64,000 bases of DNA, taken from positions 1,284 to 65,283 of the forward strand of contig JBFWYG010000018.1 in NCBI GenBank assembly GCA_050186725.1, read 5' to 3'. Position numbers and translations under genes: made by a program. Below, piece by piece: positions 28,272 through 39,295 of this stretch (its first letter is position 1; every line of letters begins with the position of its first letter). The notes beneath the pieces are model-generated. The model saw nothing but the letters and a program-made list of their open reading frames with translations, was not told where the DNA came from and ran no database searches. This DNA comes from Gammaproteobacteria bacterium. Its GTDB lineage: Bacteria > Pseudomonadota > Gammaproteobacteria > Ga0077536.

Positions 28272-30553
28272 CAGCGCGTCTGCCGCGGGCGGGATTTCGC
28301 CCGGTGCCCCACCACACCCAGGACCAGTGCCAGCACTGCAAGCCAGCCGGGCGGCAGCGCTACCTGATGGGCAACCTGCGGTGTGGACGTCTGATCGTTG
28401 GGGTCGGACTCGCCGCTATCGAGCGCGCCATTGCGGTTGAGATCCTCGGCGCCGTCGCTCGCGCCGTCGCCATCGCTGTCAGGCGCCAGCGGTGAAGTCC
28501 CGGTCGTGGGATCGGCATCGGGGATGAACAACGTCGGGTCGGTGCCGAGCAAGGAGCCATCACCGTCTGGGTCCGGCACCGCTGTTACGAGCCCGAGTTC
28601 GGTGCCATCCAGCACGCCATCACCGTCGGTGTCCGAGCGGCGCGGATCGGTCTCGCCGGCGTCGTGCGTGCCGTCGCAGTTGAGGTCTTCGTCACTGTCA
28701 GCTAGGCCGTCGTCATCACTGTCGATGTCGAAAGCATGGGTGCTCGTCGCGTTCTCCAGGTCGTCGCCGATGCAGTCGCCGTCCGTGTCCAGCGCCCAGG
28801 CAAGGCCGAGCGATCCGCCGGCGCCGTCGCGACCGTCGACGGCGATGGCGTAGGTCACGCCCGCGGCGACCTGCACAGCCAGCGTCGCGGGCTCGCCTTC
28901 GGGGTTACTCGCCGCGGCCACTGGCGCCAGCGCGCTCACGGCCTCACCGGTATAGACAGCGAGCAACGTATTGATGGTGCTGCCGGCAGTCGTGAGGCGC
29001 AGGGTGGTGCGCACGGTAATGTCTTGCGGCGCGGTCCAACGCCACCAGGCCGATGCGCCACCGGCATTGCCCGCATGATCGGGTTCGCCGACCTCCTTGC
29101 TTGCGTAACGATTGTCGAGTGTCTGCGAACCACTGGTGGCCGACAGCGTCACCCCATCGATGAACGCGTCATTGGGTGGCGGCGGAAAGATCGCTTTCAA
29201 ATCCAGACGTGGTTTGGTGATCGCGCTCTGTGGGCGCGAGTCCGTCACCGGCACGCCGGCGGCGATCAGTCGGTTGGCGGTGTCACCGGGCGTGTCGGCG
29301 GGGAAAGCAGCCTTCAACGCGGCCACCGCACCCGCGACGTGGGGCGCCGCTTGCGAAGTCCCACCGAAGGTGACACCGGCGGCGGTAATCTGCGCGCCTG
29401 GCGCATAACCCGACAAATAGCTCGCAGTATTGGAGAAACAGGTCACCTTGTCGGCAGCCGTGCTCGAGTCACTGCATATGCTCCAATTGACCGGGCCGAT
29501 ATCGCTGTCGTAGACCGCGCCGACCGACAGCGCCCCTGGGGTGCAAGCCGGTGAAGACAGGCCATCGAGAAAAGCTTCGTTACCCGCCGCGATGACGCTG
29601 ATGATGCCGACGTTCAGTGCGTTGTTGACTGCCGATCGGTACGGATTGAGCACCCCTCCGCACGGCGAGGTGCGCTTCAAGCCGTCCCCGAGGCTGAGAT
29701 TCATGGCGGCGATATTCCAGGTGCTGCGATTGGCGATCGCCCAGTCCATGGCGGCGATCACGTCGCTGCTCCGGGCAGTGTCGCCGTCGAACACGTCCAG
29801 CGCGATGATGCGCGTGCCCGGCGCGACACCGAGCGCGATGGCCGCCACCGAGCTGCCATGGCCGTCGGCGTCCAGCGTGTTGTCCTGATTGGCGAATTCC
29901 TGCGCGTAGGCGACCTTGCAGCTGGTCGCGGGGCTACCTGGCGTGACGCATGAGCCGAAGGCAGGCCGGGTGTAGTCCACACCGGTGTCGAGCACCGCGA
30001 CCGTCGTGCCGGCACCCAGCTGTGACGCAGCACCGGCCGGGGGACGGTGGATCAGCGGCAGGCTCTGCGTCAGCGCGTGGCGCAACAGCACGTCTTCGTG
30101 CACGGCCTCGACCTCGGGGCGACGCAGCAGCCGCAAGAGTTCGGGCATGTTGCGAATCTTCACCGCAGACATCGGTAGCTGGGTGTACTCACGCACGACC
30201 GGCGCATCGCCGCGCGCCAGACGTGTGCGGGCGAGACGCTTGAGCTCGCGGTAACCCGCGACGCGCTGCCTTTGGCTGTCCTCACGCGCCGCGCGGTCAC
30301 CGCGCGCGAGGCGCAAGTCAGCGAGCGCGTCGATGTCGGCGGTGCGAAACTGCACCAGCACGGTCAACACCGGTTCACGCTCCAGGCGCCGCCACAGCGC
30401 ATCCGTGACTTTGGCTCGCGCCCGCTCGAGAATCTCCTCCGGCGTGGGTAGTTCAGCAGCGTGGGCGCCAACCGATCCGCAAACGAAGGTCGCGGCAAGC
30501 AGCACGTTGGCCAGCAGCCGCCTGATGTGCGGCAGCTGTAACAAACTTGTCAT
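28271..30553 (-). CDS. Secreted S8 subtilase with Ca-binding DxDxDG repeats and a C-terminal sorting signal
   Basis: Signal peptide and propeptide; VLDTG, GHG, AAGN, GTSQAAPH; NDAF...GEP.HAG domain; DTDGD/DSDDDG repeats; C-terminal QVALPPGW-TM-basic tail. Confidence 0.92.
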   Translation of the reverse strand: MTSLLQLPHIRRLLANVLLAATFVCGSVGAHAAELPTPEEILERARAKVTDALWRRLEREPVLTVLVQFRTADIDALADLRLARGDRAAREDSQRQRVAGYRELKRLARTRLARGDAPVVREYTQLPMSAVKIRNMPELLRLLRRPEVEAVHEDVLLRHALTQSLPLIHRPPAGAASQLGAGTTVAVLDTGVDYTRPAFGSCVTPGSPATSCKVAYAQEFANQDNTLDADGHGSSVAAIALGVAPGTRIIALDVFDGDTARSSDVIAAMDWAIANRSTWNIAAMNLSLGDGLKRTSPCGGVLNPYRSAVNNALNVGIISVIAAGNEAFLDGLSSPACTPGALSVGAVYDSDIGPVNWSICSDSSTAADKVTCFSNTASYLSGYAPGAQITAAGVTFGGTSQAAPHVAGAVAALKAAFPADTPGDTANRLIAAGVPVTDSRPQSAITKPRLDLKAIFPPPPNDAFIDGVTLSATSGSQTLDNRYASKEVGEPDHAGNAGGASAWWRWTAPQDITVRTTLRLTTAGSTINTLLAVYTGEAVSALAPVAAASNPEGEPATLAVQVAAGVTYAIAVDGRDGAGGSLGLAWALDTDGDCIGDDLENATSTHAFDIDSDDDGLADSDEDLNCDGTHDAGETDPRRSDTDGDGVLDGTELGLVTAVPDPDGDGSLLGTDPTLFIPDADPTTGTSPLAPDSDGDGASDGAEDLNRNGALDSGESDPNDQTSTPQVAHQVALPPGWLAVLALVLGVVGHRAKSRPRQTR

Positions 30554-30859
30554 GTTCCCTCGGCCTCCTTGTCGGACGCGGACGACATCTTGGCGACGAT
30601 GGTAACGCGCTTACCCGAGTGTGCATCCTGGCGTTGCCGCGATTGTCCAGGATGTCGCACTTCGACCCCTGGCGAGATGGTGGCTGCCGCGATCGACCGC
30701 CCTCCGCGCGGCCCAGCCCGCGCCCAGCGTGGTGGGCGCAGTTGCTCCGCGCGCGTTCACTACACCCCCCAAGGCGCGGTCGGCATGTCCTCTTCTATTG
30801 GCACGACTCGGGTGGTCGAGGAAGCTGCGAAAGGCAGCGCTTCCGCGCGTCAAGCATGG

Positions 30860-33480
30860 CCCGCTCGTGAATCCAATGCCGTACTCGCGCGACAGTCAGG
30901 CGCCGCGGGCGAACGTGCCGTCACTTTTCAGCCCGAAGCCCTTCACCTCGGGAAACACCGACATCAACTCGGTTCGGTGGTGTCGCATATCAGGATGTCG
31001 CTTCTTTCCACCTGTCTGATCTGGTCGAGTTTCGGCACGATGCGCGCAATGTCGGCGGCGAGTCCGCGCTTGGTGGCGAAGCCGGCCAGGGTGCCGGGCG
31101 GGACGGCCAGCAGCTCTTGCGCCGCGCCGGAAAGATCGACCGGCACATCGTTCCGGATCCAGGTCGGCGTCGGCTCGAGACGCGCGTTGCGGCGCTGAAA
31201 CACCCGCTTGCGCGCAGCCATCTTGGCCTTGCACAGCGCCGCCGGCTCCTGACCGAGCAGGTAGCCATACAGTTCGAAGCGCGCGAGGAACCAGAAATCT
31301 TCCGGCGCATCGAGCAAGCCCCGCGCCTGCAGACGCTTGCCGATCTCGAGGAACACGCGCTTCTTGCCGTAGGTCAGGCGATCGCGATAGTGACGTTCAT
31401 CGTCTCGAAACTTGCGGAAGCGCAGGCAATAGTTCGCGACATAGCGAAACAGCCTTTCGCGCAGCGCACCCCAGCGCTGCTTGCGCAGATGGGCGCACAC
31501 CGCCGCGGTCACTGCGCGACGCCGTTTGACCAGCTTGTCCATCAGCACCTCCGGATGGACCGGATCGTCGGAATCCAGCAGATGGCGCAAGGCTTCGTAG
31601 TCCAGCGAAGGATTCTCGGCTCGCCGTTCGTAGTAGAAGTCGCAATCCTGGTGGCCACGGTGGCCGTGCTGTTCGATAAAGCGACCGTAGGCGACGGTGA
31701 ATGCCTGCGCGTCAGGGTGATCGCTCGAGCGCACGGTGTCGAAGAACGAAGCTTTGTGCGCCGTCACGAACAGCCGGTTCAACTCCGCCGAATGCCGAAT
31801 GCGTTCAGCGAGTTCGAACATGGCCTCGGCTTCGAGCGCGACCTGGTTGCCCGGAGTACCGCAGAGCAGATCCTGGAAAGTCGACGGCGTGTTGTCCGCG
31901 TACCAGTGCTCGAGTATTTTTGCGAGTCCGGCCAGCGCGCCGGTGGCGTAGAGGAAAAACGGCGGCCACAGCGTCCTGTACCACCCGTCGACAAGGGCGA
32001 CGCGCGCCTCGGCGGCCGCGATCAGGGCCGTGTCGTCCAACGCCGCCAACGCCGCCGCGCTCGGGCCGTCGGCCTCGGCGGTGCGGTGGTCGAGGTAGTC
32101 GTAGGTGGTGGCGAACCAGCGCGTAACACCGAATTCAGGTTCGAGCAGATGCACCCGCGCCCACATGCGCAGCAGGCTCCACTTGGAAACCGGCGTGGCG
32201 AGGTAGTCCTGATGCCACGCCGGTGGAATATTGGTCAGGTCGCGCAACTGGGCCGGCCACTGTTGGGTGAGCCACGCACGTTCGGCGTCCGCATTGAAAT
32301 AGGCCGTCGCGCGTCGGTACTTGTGCCAGCGCACCTTGGTGATGCCCTTGAGGCCGAACAGCCGCGCGAAACGCGCATAGTTGAGATAGCACTCGAAGGC
32401 ACGACAGGAATAGAACAGCGGGGAGATCCCGCCGGTCGAGTCCATCGACCTGGTATAGGTCCAGGTCGTGTCAGCCGCGTCGCGCGCGTCCTGCCAACCG
32501 TCGACGTCCTCGTCCCAGGTAAATTCCACGCCGGTCATCGGCCGCACCCGCAGAACGAAGAACGACTCTCCGACGCGCGCCCACTCGATGTCCTGCGGCT
32601 GGCCGCCATAGCGCTGCATGATGTCGCGACCGATGGCGGCGAGCTGACGCGCCTGCGCCTCGTTCAGCGACGGCAGGGCACGTTCCTCCGGCGTGGTGGA
32701 CAGTTCCAGCGCGCCGTGGCCAGCGTGCAAATTGCGCACGATCTTCTTGTCCTTGCGCCCGAGCTCGCGTGACTTGATGGTGAGACTGTCGCGTGCCAGT
32801 ACCCAACTGTCGGGCTTCACAATGCCAGATATCACCGCTTCGCGACGCCCCCAACTGGCGTTCAGCACGATCTCGTCGGTACCAGCGCTCATCGGGTTGG
32901 CGGTGAACATCACCCCGGCCGCGGTGGGCTCGAGCATCGTCTGCACCATCACCGCGAGTCGCTCGACGTCGCCGTCGAAACCCATCTGATGTCGATAGGT
33001 GATGACCCGCGCGGTCCACATCGATGCCCAGCAGCGGCGCACCGCGGCGAGTACCGCCTCTCTACCGTAGACGTCGAGATGGGTGTCGTACATGCCGGCA
33101 AAGGACGCGACTGCGGGATCTTCGGCCGTGCTGGAGGAGCGCACCGCGACATAGACCTCGTCGCCGAGCGCGGCGTAGGCCGTTGCTATGGCCGCGACGA
33201 TCGTCGGCGGTAATGGCTGTGCCTCGATCAATGCGCGAATCGCGGCCGTCTGCCGCTCGAGCGCCAGCGCATCGTTGGTGTCCAGCTCGCCGAGCTGAGC
33301 GCGAAGGCGCGTGTGTAGCCCGTCGGCGGCGAGAAACTCGTCGTGCGCGTGGGTGCTGACCGTGAACCCCGGCGGTACATGGAAACCCAGTGCGGCCAGT
33401 CGGCCGAGGCTGCACGCCTTGCCGCCGACCAGCGCGCAGTGTGTGGCGCGGGGGTCGTCCAACCCGATCACCAAGGACAT
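30860..33480 (-). pseudogene. PEP/pyruvate-binding (PPDK_N) + RPH-like central domain + disrupted phospho-His swivel domain
   Basis: VGGKA, AVRSS, SFAG, QDIEWA; the open frame stops at 30964 (TTEPS*), and the swivel remnant MSVFP...FARGA*LSREYG continues in another frame with a second stop at 30896. Confidence 0.8.
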
Positions 33481-34235
33481 GAAACCTCCTAGTGGTTGTG
33501 CTTCGAGGGAGAGGGGCCAACAGATGATGGCCCACGCTTTCTGCGCGGCCGACGACGAAACTAGCGTAGGCCGCGGAGCGCCGTCAACGCGGGCACGAGC
33601 GCTACAGCGACAACGTAGGCCGGGTTACCGACGATGCGCGAGGCGCGGCGTGCCGACAGGCCGAATGACACAGGTGGGCGTCAGGCTCGACCGCCGGATA
33701 GCACTCGATAGCCGAGGTACCGAGAGCCATCTCATGCAAGGTCGACTCGGCGCATTGCCGCTGTCGTCGCCGGTGGCGCCGGTGGCGCCTTCCAGCTTCC
33801 GGCGCCGACATGGCCGCCGCACCGGGCCAGCCGGAGCGGCGCGCTCTGGCGGCAGCGCTCATGCCGCTCGGCGGACGCCTTGCCGAGGTCATTCCCCAGG
33901 CCTCCGATTCACAACGGAGTCGCGTCGCGGGCTTTCGCGGCAGCGTGGGGATCATAAGCGTTTCACTCGGCGACAGTCCGACCTTCGTCCATGGCAAGGC
34001 CAAGGCGCAGGGCGGCTCTTGTCCGGCATTCATTGGCTACGATTTCGAGCGTCTTGCGGTCGCGCGGTCGGAACCAGTCTGCCACGGACTTAAGTCACCA
34101 GTGGTCGAGGGACCAGCGCTGTGGATGGATGGGTGAGCCCTCTCGTGTGATAGCATCCCGTTCATATCCAAGTGCCCTCCTGACCACGATGATCAGCGGT
34201 GTGCTGAATGTGCTGAACGTTGAACGGCGCGGCAT

Positions 34236-34251
34236 TGGCGACAGGATTGCA
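34236..34251 (+). promoter_or_regulatory. Possible sigma-54 promoter upstream of the ATP-grasp gene
   Basis: TGGCGAC-AGGA-TTGCA (GG-N10-GC). Confidence 0.4.
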
Positions 34252-34432
34252 CGCTTCGATCGGCGTCGGCGAAGCCAGGCCGATTTCCTCGCTCGTGGCA
34301 AACGGCTGTCGGCACGAGCTCACGCTTATGGATATCCGGGACGCCTTCTGGAGGGTTGGTGGCGAAACCCTGTCAGGCCGTGGCGGATAAGGATGAAAAG
34401 GCTGGTCTTCTTCCCCTCCGGTCCGGCTCCGC

Positions 34433-35884
34433 TTGCGCCCCGGCGATAGACCAACGCTGTCGGCAGACGGAACTCTGATCGTGCTTCCTTCGGCGTCCGT
34501 CATCGGTGTTGTCATTGACGCCGTTCGTCTGCTCGTGTCTCCCCCGAAATGGGAAGATTTGATGGATGTCGCCACCCATCATGATCTCTTTCAACTATGG
34601 TCGGTTCTTCACATCGCTTGTCTTCGGGTTCCCGCGACGCGCAAAACGGCTCTGGCTTTGCACCGCGTGCTTCCGGACAAACTTGTATACAGGGTTTGCT
34701 GGATCCCTGTTCTTCTGCTCTACATGGTCGTCGCGGCTTCCAGAGCGGTTCGAAAATTTGGTCCCGGCGCCCGCCGCCTCGCCGATGTTTCTCCATGGCA
34801 GCAATACCTGGTCCTCTTGCGGACGTGCTTCCAGTTTCCCGGACTACTTCCGGTGGAGTTCTACAAGCAGGGATTCTATCTCCCGAAGTATGCTGGACGC
34901 ATCGCAGGCGCCGGACACAGTTTCGATGTTCGAGCGATTTCGCATCTTGTGTCCGGCAAGTCGGTCGCCGGCATAGAGCGCGACATGGCGTTTGTCCACG
35001 ACAAGATCACATTCTCTCGCTTCCTCGAACAAAACGGTCTTCCAGCCGGTCCGATGCTTGCGCTGTTCCGTGGGGGCAGCGCGGAATGGCTGGTCTCGGA
35101 CAAGGCCATTCCTAAAGGCGACCTCTTCGTCAAACCCGCGCATGAGGACGCGGGAAGGGGCGCCAGGAGGATCTTCTACGATCCTGTGTCGGAGACGTAC
35201 TCAATCGAACGGCCACGTGCTCCCATGATCGGGCAAGACGCGCTTCTGGAGTTCGCCCAAGTCCGCCTGAGCGGTGACGAACTCATCCGGCACTTGTGCC
35301 GAGCCTCGGAAACAGGGGATTGGATTCTGATGCCGCGCCTGCACAACCACCTGCGTGTGGCCGAGCTGGCAGGTGACGCGACCCTGGCGACTTTGCGAAT
35401 CACTACCATCAGGGATCGGCAGGGTTGTTTCTCGGTCTTTTCCGTCTATTGGCGCGTTGCGACGTCGGACTCAGCGGTGGATAACGTCGCTCAGGGAGGA
35501 ATTGAATGTCAGGTGGATCCGGTCACCGGCCGTCTCAGTGCCGGATACCTTGCTGAGCAAGACACTCTTCTCAGTGTTCATCCCGTCACCCACGCGCCCA
35601 TCGAAGGCGTCTTTCTTCCCGACATCCCCGAAGCCGTTGACCTTTGCATCCAGACCCACCGGCTTCTCACGGAGGGTGCGCGCGATTATCTGTTCCTCGT
35701 CGGATTCGATGTGGCCCTGACGCTCACGGGGCCGGTATTCATCGAGGCGAATATGCCCGGCGACCTCACCGGACCGTACGTAGCGCCAATTCCCCTGTGG
35801 CGTGATGCGGAATTCGTGCGGCGCGTGGACTCCTACCTCAAGCCGCTGCGCGGACAGCGCACGCATTTCCACCCGGACCTGTGA
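34433..35884 (+). CDS. Sugar-transfer-associated ATP-grasp domain protein
   Basis: DK..F, LFVKP....GRG, L.NH, TLRITT, VDN..QGG....VDPVTGRL, HPVT, GFDVALT..GPVFIEAN; start uncertain. Confidence 0.8.
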   Translation: MRPGDRPTLSADGTLIVLPSASVIGVVIDAVRLLVSPPKWEDLMDVATHHDLFQLWSVLHIACLRVPATRKTALALHRVLPDKLVYRVCWIPVLLLYMVVAASRAVRKFGPGARRLADVSPWQQYLVLLRTCFQFPGLLPVEFYKQGFYLPKYAGRIAGAGHSFDVRAISHLVSGKSVAGIERDMAFVHDKITFSRFLEQNGLPAGPMLALFRGGSAEWLVSDKAIPKGDLFVKPAHEDAGRGARRIFYDPVSETYSIERPRAPMIGQDALLEFAQVRLSGDELIRHLCRASETGDWILMPRLHNHLRVAELAGDATLATLRITTIRDRQGCFSVFSVYWRVATSDSAVDNVAQGGIECQVDPVTGRLSAGYLAEQDTLLSVHPVTHAPIEGVFLPDIPEAVDLCIQTHRLLTEGARDYLFLVGFDVALTLTGPVFIEANMPGDLTGPYVAPIPLWRDAEFVRRVDSYLKPLRGQRTHFHPDL

Positions 35885-36066
35885 AGCCGGGATCAAGAGC
35901 CCCTGGCGCCGATGAGCTCGTGAGAATTCGCTGACTCGAATGCGCCCGGAATAGGTTCCGAGGTGAACCGGAAAAGAGGTGGAGAAGGGCACATTCCCGA
36001 TTTCCGTGCGGCGCGGCACACCGGTGTTTTCGCGTCTTCGCGACGAACAACTGTGCGAAACGCTGG

Positions 36067-37488
36067 CTAGACGACAAATACCTGGATGTCTGTCGCGAGC
36101 AGGGTCGCGCCTGGATTGAGGGTGACGATGGTCTGCAGGCTGCCGCCGTTGCCGGTCGCGTCGTAGGACAGCACGCCGCTCGCCTGGTCATAGACCAGGA
36201 AGTCGTCGAAGCCGGTCTGTGCCCCGGGAGTGCCGAACTGGCCTGGATCGAGAGCGCCGGCGCTGAGCCCGGCAAACACGTTGCCGTCCAGGCGCAGCTT
36301 GTCGGTGCCGGACAGGAAGTCGCTGATGTGGTCGGCGTGCTCACCGCTGTGGGCGAAGATGAAGCGATCCGCACCCGCCCCGCCAATCACGAGATCGGCG
36401 CCCGCGCCGCCGGCGAGATCGTTGTCGCCGGCGTTGCCGCGCAGCCGGTTGTCGAGGGCATTGCCGGTCGCGTTGATGTCACGGACGCCGAGCAAGGTGA
36501 GGTCTTCGACGTGGGCGGCCAGCGTGTAGCTCACGCTGGCGGACACCTCGTCGTCGCCCTGGTTGGCGAGTTCGACCGTCTTGTCGGTGGCGCGATCGAC
36601 GATATAGTTGTCGTCGCCCAGGCCGCCTTTCAGGGTATCGGCACCGCGCCCACCATCCAGCGTGTCATCGCCGGCACGGCCTTCCAGCACGTTCGCGCCG
36701 GCGTTGCCGGTGATGATGTTGTCGGCGGCGTTGCCGATCGCGTGCAGACTTTTCTTGCCGGTGAGGATGAGTTCTTCCACGCCGTTGGGCATGGTCCAGT
36801 GGACCGAACTGCGTACCGTGTCGATGCCAGCCTTGCTACCTTCCGCCACCCGGTCGGCCCGGTTGTCCACCACGTAGATGTCTTTGCCGGTGCCGCCAAT
36901 CATGATGTCGATGCCGCGCCCGCCGTCCAACACATCGTTGCCGGCCCCGGCGTTCAGGCGGTCGTCACCGGCGCCACCACGCAGAACGTCGTTACCCGCG
37001 CCCGTGACGAATCGGTCGCCGCCCGCCAGCCCGACCACGATGTCCTCGGTCGCGCCGCTGCTCAAGCTGAAACCGCGATTCATCTCGCGCCGAATCTCGT
37101 CCTGCGATGCGCCGGCCCCGCCGTCGAGATCCCCGAATTCAATACCGGGAAGACCGGTGACCCTGACCAGTCGACTGCCGGTCGGTGAAATCACGTCAAA
37201 GGCTGTAACCTCGCTGCCACGCAGATCGCCGGCGCTGCTGGCACTGAAATCACCGCGCAACATGACTGTGTTGCCGTTCGACGTCACGGCTTCCGCCCTC
37301 AGCTTGTTGACGACCGTGATCGAGTCGATGCTGCCGAGGTAGGGTAGGAAGGTTCCGCTGGCACTCGTGGCGACTGGCACCCCGAAGATGAAACTGATCA
37401 CGGCAAGACCCCAGGCGAAACGCCGGCCGCCATTATGCAGAGCGGTCGGCGGTCGCGACAACCTCGCCGCGCGGGCCATCGAGGCCAT
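36067..37488 (-). CDS. RTX/hemolysin-type calcium-binding protein (likely T1SS substrate)
   Basis: Many GGxGxD nonapeptides, GN..DN.I.GN.G.N motifs, and a C-terminal YD..SG.LSYD..G.G segment; true start uncertain (possibly GTG 37380). Confidence 0.88.
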   Translation of the reverse strand: MASMARAARLSRPPTALHNGGRRFAWGLAVISFIFGVPVATSASGTFLPYLGSIDSITVVNKLRAEAVTSNGNTVMLRGDFSASSAGDLRGSEVTAFDVISPTGSRLVRVTGLPGIEFGDLDGGAGASQDEIRREMNRGFSLSSGATEDIVVGLAGGDRFVTGAGNDVLRGGAGDDRLNAGAGNDVLDGGRGIDIMIGGTGKDIYVVDNRADRVAEGSKAGIDTVRSSVHWTMPNGVEELILTGKKSLHAIGNAADNIITGNAGANVLEGRAGDDTLDGGRGADTLKGGLGDDNYIVDRATDKTVELANQGDDEVSASVSYTLAAHVEDLTLLGVRDINATGNALDNRLRGNAGDNDLAGGAGADLVIGGAGADRFIFAHSGEHADHISDFLSGTDKLRLDGNVFAGLSAGALDPGQFGTPGAQTGFDDFLVYDQASGVLSYDATGNGGSLQTIVTLNPGATLLATDIQVFVV

Positions 37489-37878
37489 GCGATGAGTAAC
37501 CGTGAACTTTGGTGTCGCGACAGGGGCAAGCCTCGCAACGTGCAGAGCACCAGCTTGCCTAACTGCTCGGTCTTCTGGACGCGTTCGAGCGCCGCGACGG
37601 CCGTGACGAACGGGTAGACGAGCTCGCCCACTGGTCTGAGGTGATTGGCGCAGACGCAGGCCAGCATGCCGCTAGAATTCTGCGGAAGGCCCACGGTCGT
37701 GCCCTGGATACGAATCTGGACGAAGAACGACTTGGCCAGGGTGAGGCCCTCTACGGCTTTCATCCTGGATGGCGCCGCCAACAGCCACAACGATCGTGAG
37801 AGCGGCGCGCGCTTCAGCGCGATATGGCCGTGCGTACGGCCAGTGTCTCCACGGTTCGACGCCGGCTGAATTTCGCTC

Positions 37879-39294
37879 CTAGCCCAGCAGCAGGCCGTCC
37901 AGCGACAATCCGCTCTGCAGCGGAGCACTGGCGAAGTCAGGGAACACCAGTGGCTTGCTGCCGGGCGCGACCCACTCCGCGATGCGGCCGAACACGTGGT
38001 CGATGGCGTTGACCCCGATGATGTCGGCCGAATCCTGCCTGAAGCGCGCGATCTCCTCGTCGGGGAACATCGTGCCGTAGACGCCGCCGGCCACCGCATC
38101 GCCGATCACCAGCATGCTCGTGCCCTCGCCGTGCTCGGTGCCACCACCGCCGTTGGCGGCGAGTTGCCGGCCGAATTCGCCGCCGATGACGAACACCAAT
38201 CGCGCACGCGCCGCGTCGGGCAGCTCCGACCACAGTGTGGCGAGCGCTCCCGTCGCGCCAAACAGAACACTGGAATGGGCGGCGAAGTTCGCGGCCTGGT
38301 TGCTGTGGGTGTCCCACACGTTGTATTCCATTGAGGCCACGCGCAGCGCCAGCAAGTCATTGCAAACAAGCGCGTCGTAGAGATTGCGCGTCTGCAGCGC
38401 GAGATTGTAACGGGTGCCGCGCCTGTCACCGAACAGCGCCTCCAGTGTGGTCGGCACCGGCACGTCGGCAAGGCGCGCATCGATTGCGCCGCCCAGTTCG
38501 CGCAGCATGCGTTCGTGGTCGAAGTACTGGGCATAGACCGACCGTGCATCGACCGAGGCGCGTCGCGCGCCGTAATAGTTTTCGAGCGCGCGCTTGAGCC
38601 GATCGCTCGTGGAGCGGAAATTGCTGTCGGGCGCCGGGGCGGCGAGCGCCATTTCACGCATGTCGCCGGCCGCCACCAGGCGGCGATTGTCGACCCGCGC
38701 GAGGTCGGTCGGCAGCGTCGGGTCGGGCCCGAAAGCGAATCGCCGGGGCGTTTTGGTAAGCGCGACCGCGTTGCCTCCGGCGGCGAACGCCAGCCGCCCA
38801 CCCCAGCCCGAGCCGAGGGTGTCCTTCCGCGCGCGACGGTTACCCATCTCGCGCGTGCGCACGGCGAGATCGTGATCGCGCGAGGGACTGCTCTCCACGC
38901 CACACACCACGGCGAGCTTGCCCGCGTTCCACATTGTGTGCAGCCAGCCGGCCTCGCGCAGGATGCCGAATTCGAGCGCGCCATCGCTCACCGGCAGGTA
39001 GGCGTCGTGCCAGCGCGCTTCCAACGCCACCGGCGTGTCGGCGCTGGCCTGCACATTGGCGCGTAGCCGCCAGAACTCGTGACCATAGCTGCCGGTCGTG
39101 GCCGACCACGGCGGCATCAGCAGATGTCGCATGTCCGGCCCGCCGTTCAGCATGACATTGACCAGGACGCGGTTGGACAGCGCGATGTCGCCCGGTGCGG
39201 CGCGCACGGTGCCGAGCGGCAGGCCGTTGGCGGCCAGTGCGGCGAGCATCAGGCTGCGTTTGAGAAAGGCGCGACGTAACGTGCAGGTATCCAT
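37879..39294 (-). CDS. DUF1501-family Tat-exported protein
   Basis: RRAFLK Tat motif, LNGGPD, SRDH, WDTHSNQ, GEFGRQ..NG..GTEHG, VIG..V.GG. Confidence 0.9.
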   Translation of the reverse strand: MDTCTLRRAFLKRSLMLAALAANGLPLGTVRAAPGDIALSNRVLVNVMLNGGPDMRHLLMPPWSATTGSYGHEFWRLRANVQASADTPVALEARWHDAYLPVSDGALEFGILREAGWLHTMWNAGKLAVVCGVESSPSRDHDLAVRTREMGNRRARKDTLGSGWGGRLAFAAGGNAVALTKTPRRFAFGPDPTLPTDLARVDNRRLVAAGDMREMALAAPAPDSNFRSTSDRLKRALENYYGARRASVDARSVYAQYFDHERMLRELGGAIDARLADVPVPTTLEALFGDRRGTRYNLALQTRNLYDALVCNDLLALRVASMEYNVWDTHSNQAANFAAHSSVLFGATGALATLWSELPDAARARLVFVIGGEFGRQLAANGGGGTEHGEGTSMLVIGDAVAGGVYGTMFPDEEIARFRQDSADIIGVNAIDHVFGRIAEWVAPGSKPLVFPDFASAPLQSGLSLDGLLLG

Positions 39295-39295
39295 C

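Noticed and set aside
30894-30966. Selenocysteine readthrough or programmed frameshift at the TGA codons
   Set aside because: The catalytic His is also lost and neighbouring residues are degraded, so decay is the simpler explanation.
30964-33480. Functional rifampin phosphotransferase (resistance gene)
   Set aside because: Only the domain layout is similar; the catalytic His domain is frameshifted and mutated, and the substrate cannot be inferred.
33500-34390. Coding gene or IS remnant in the long spacer
   Set aside because: No ORF has recognisable motifs and there are no terminal inverted repeats.
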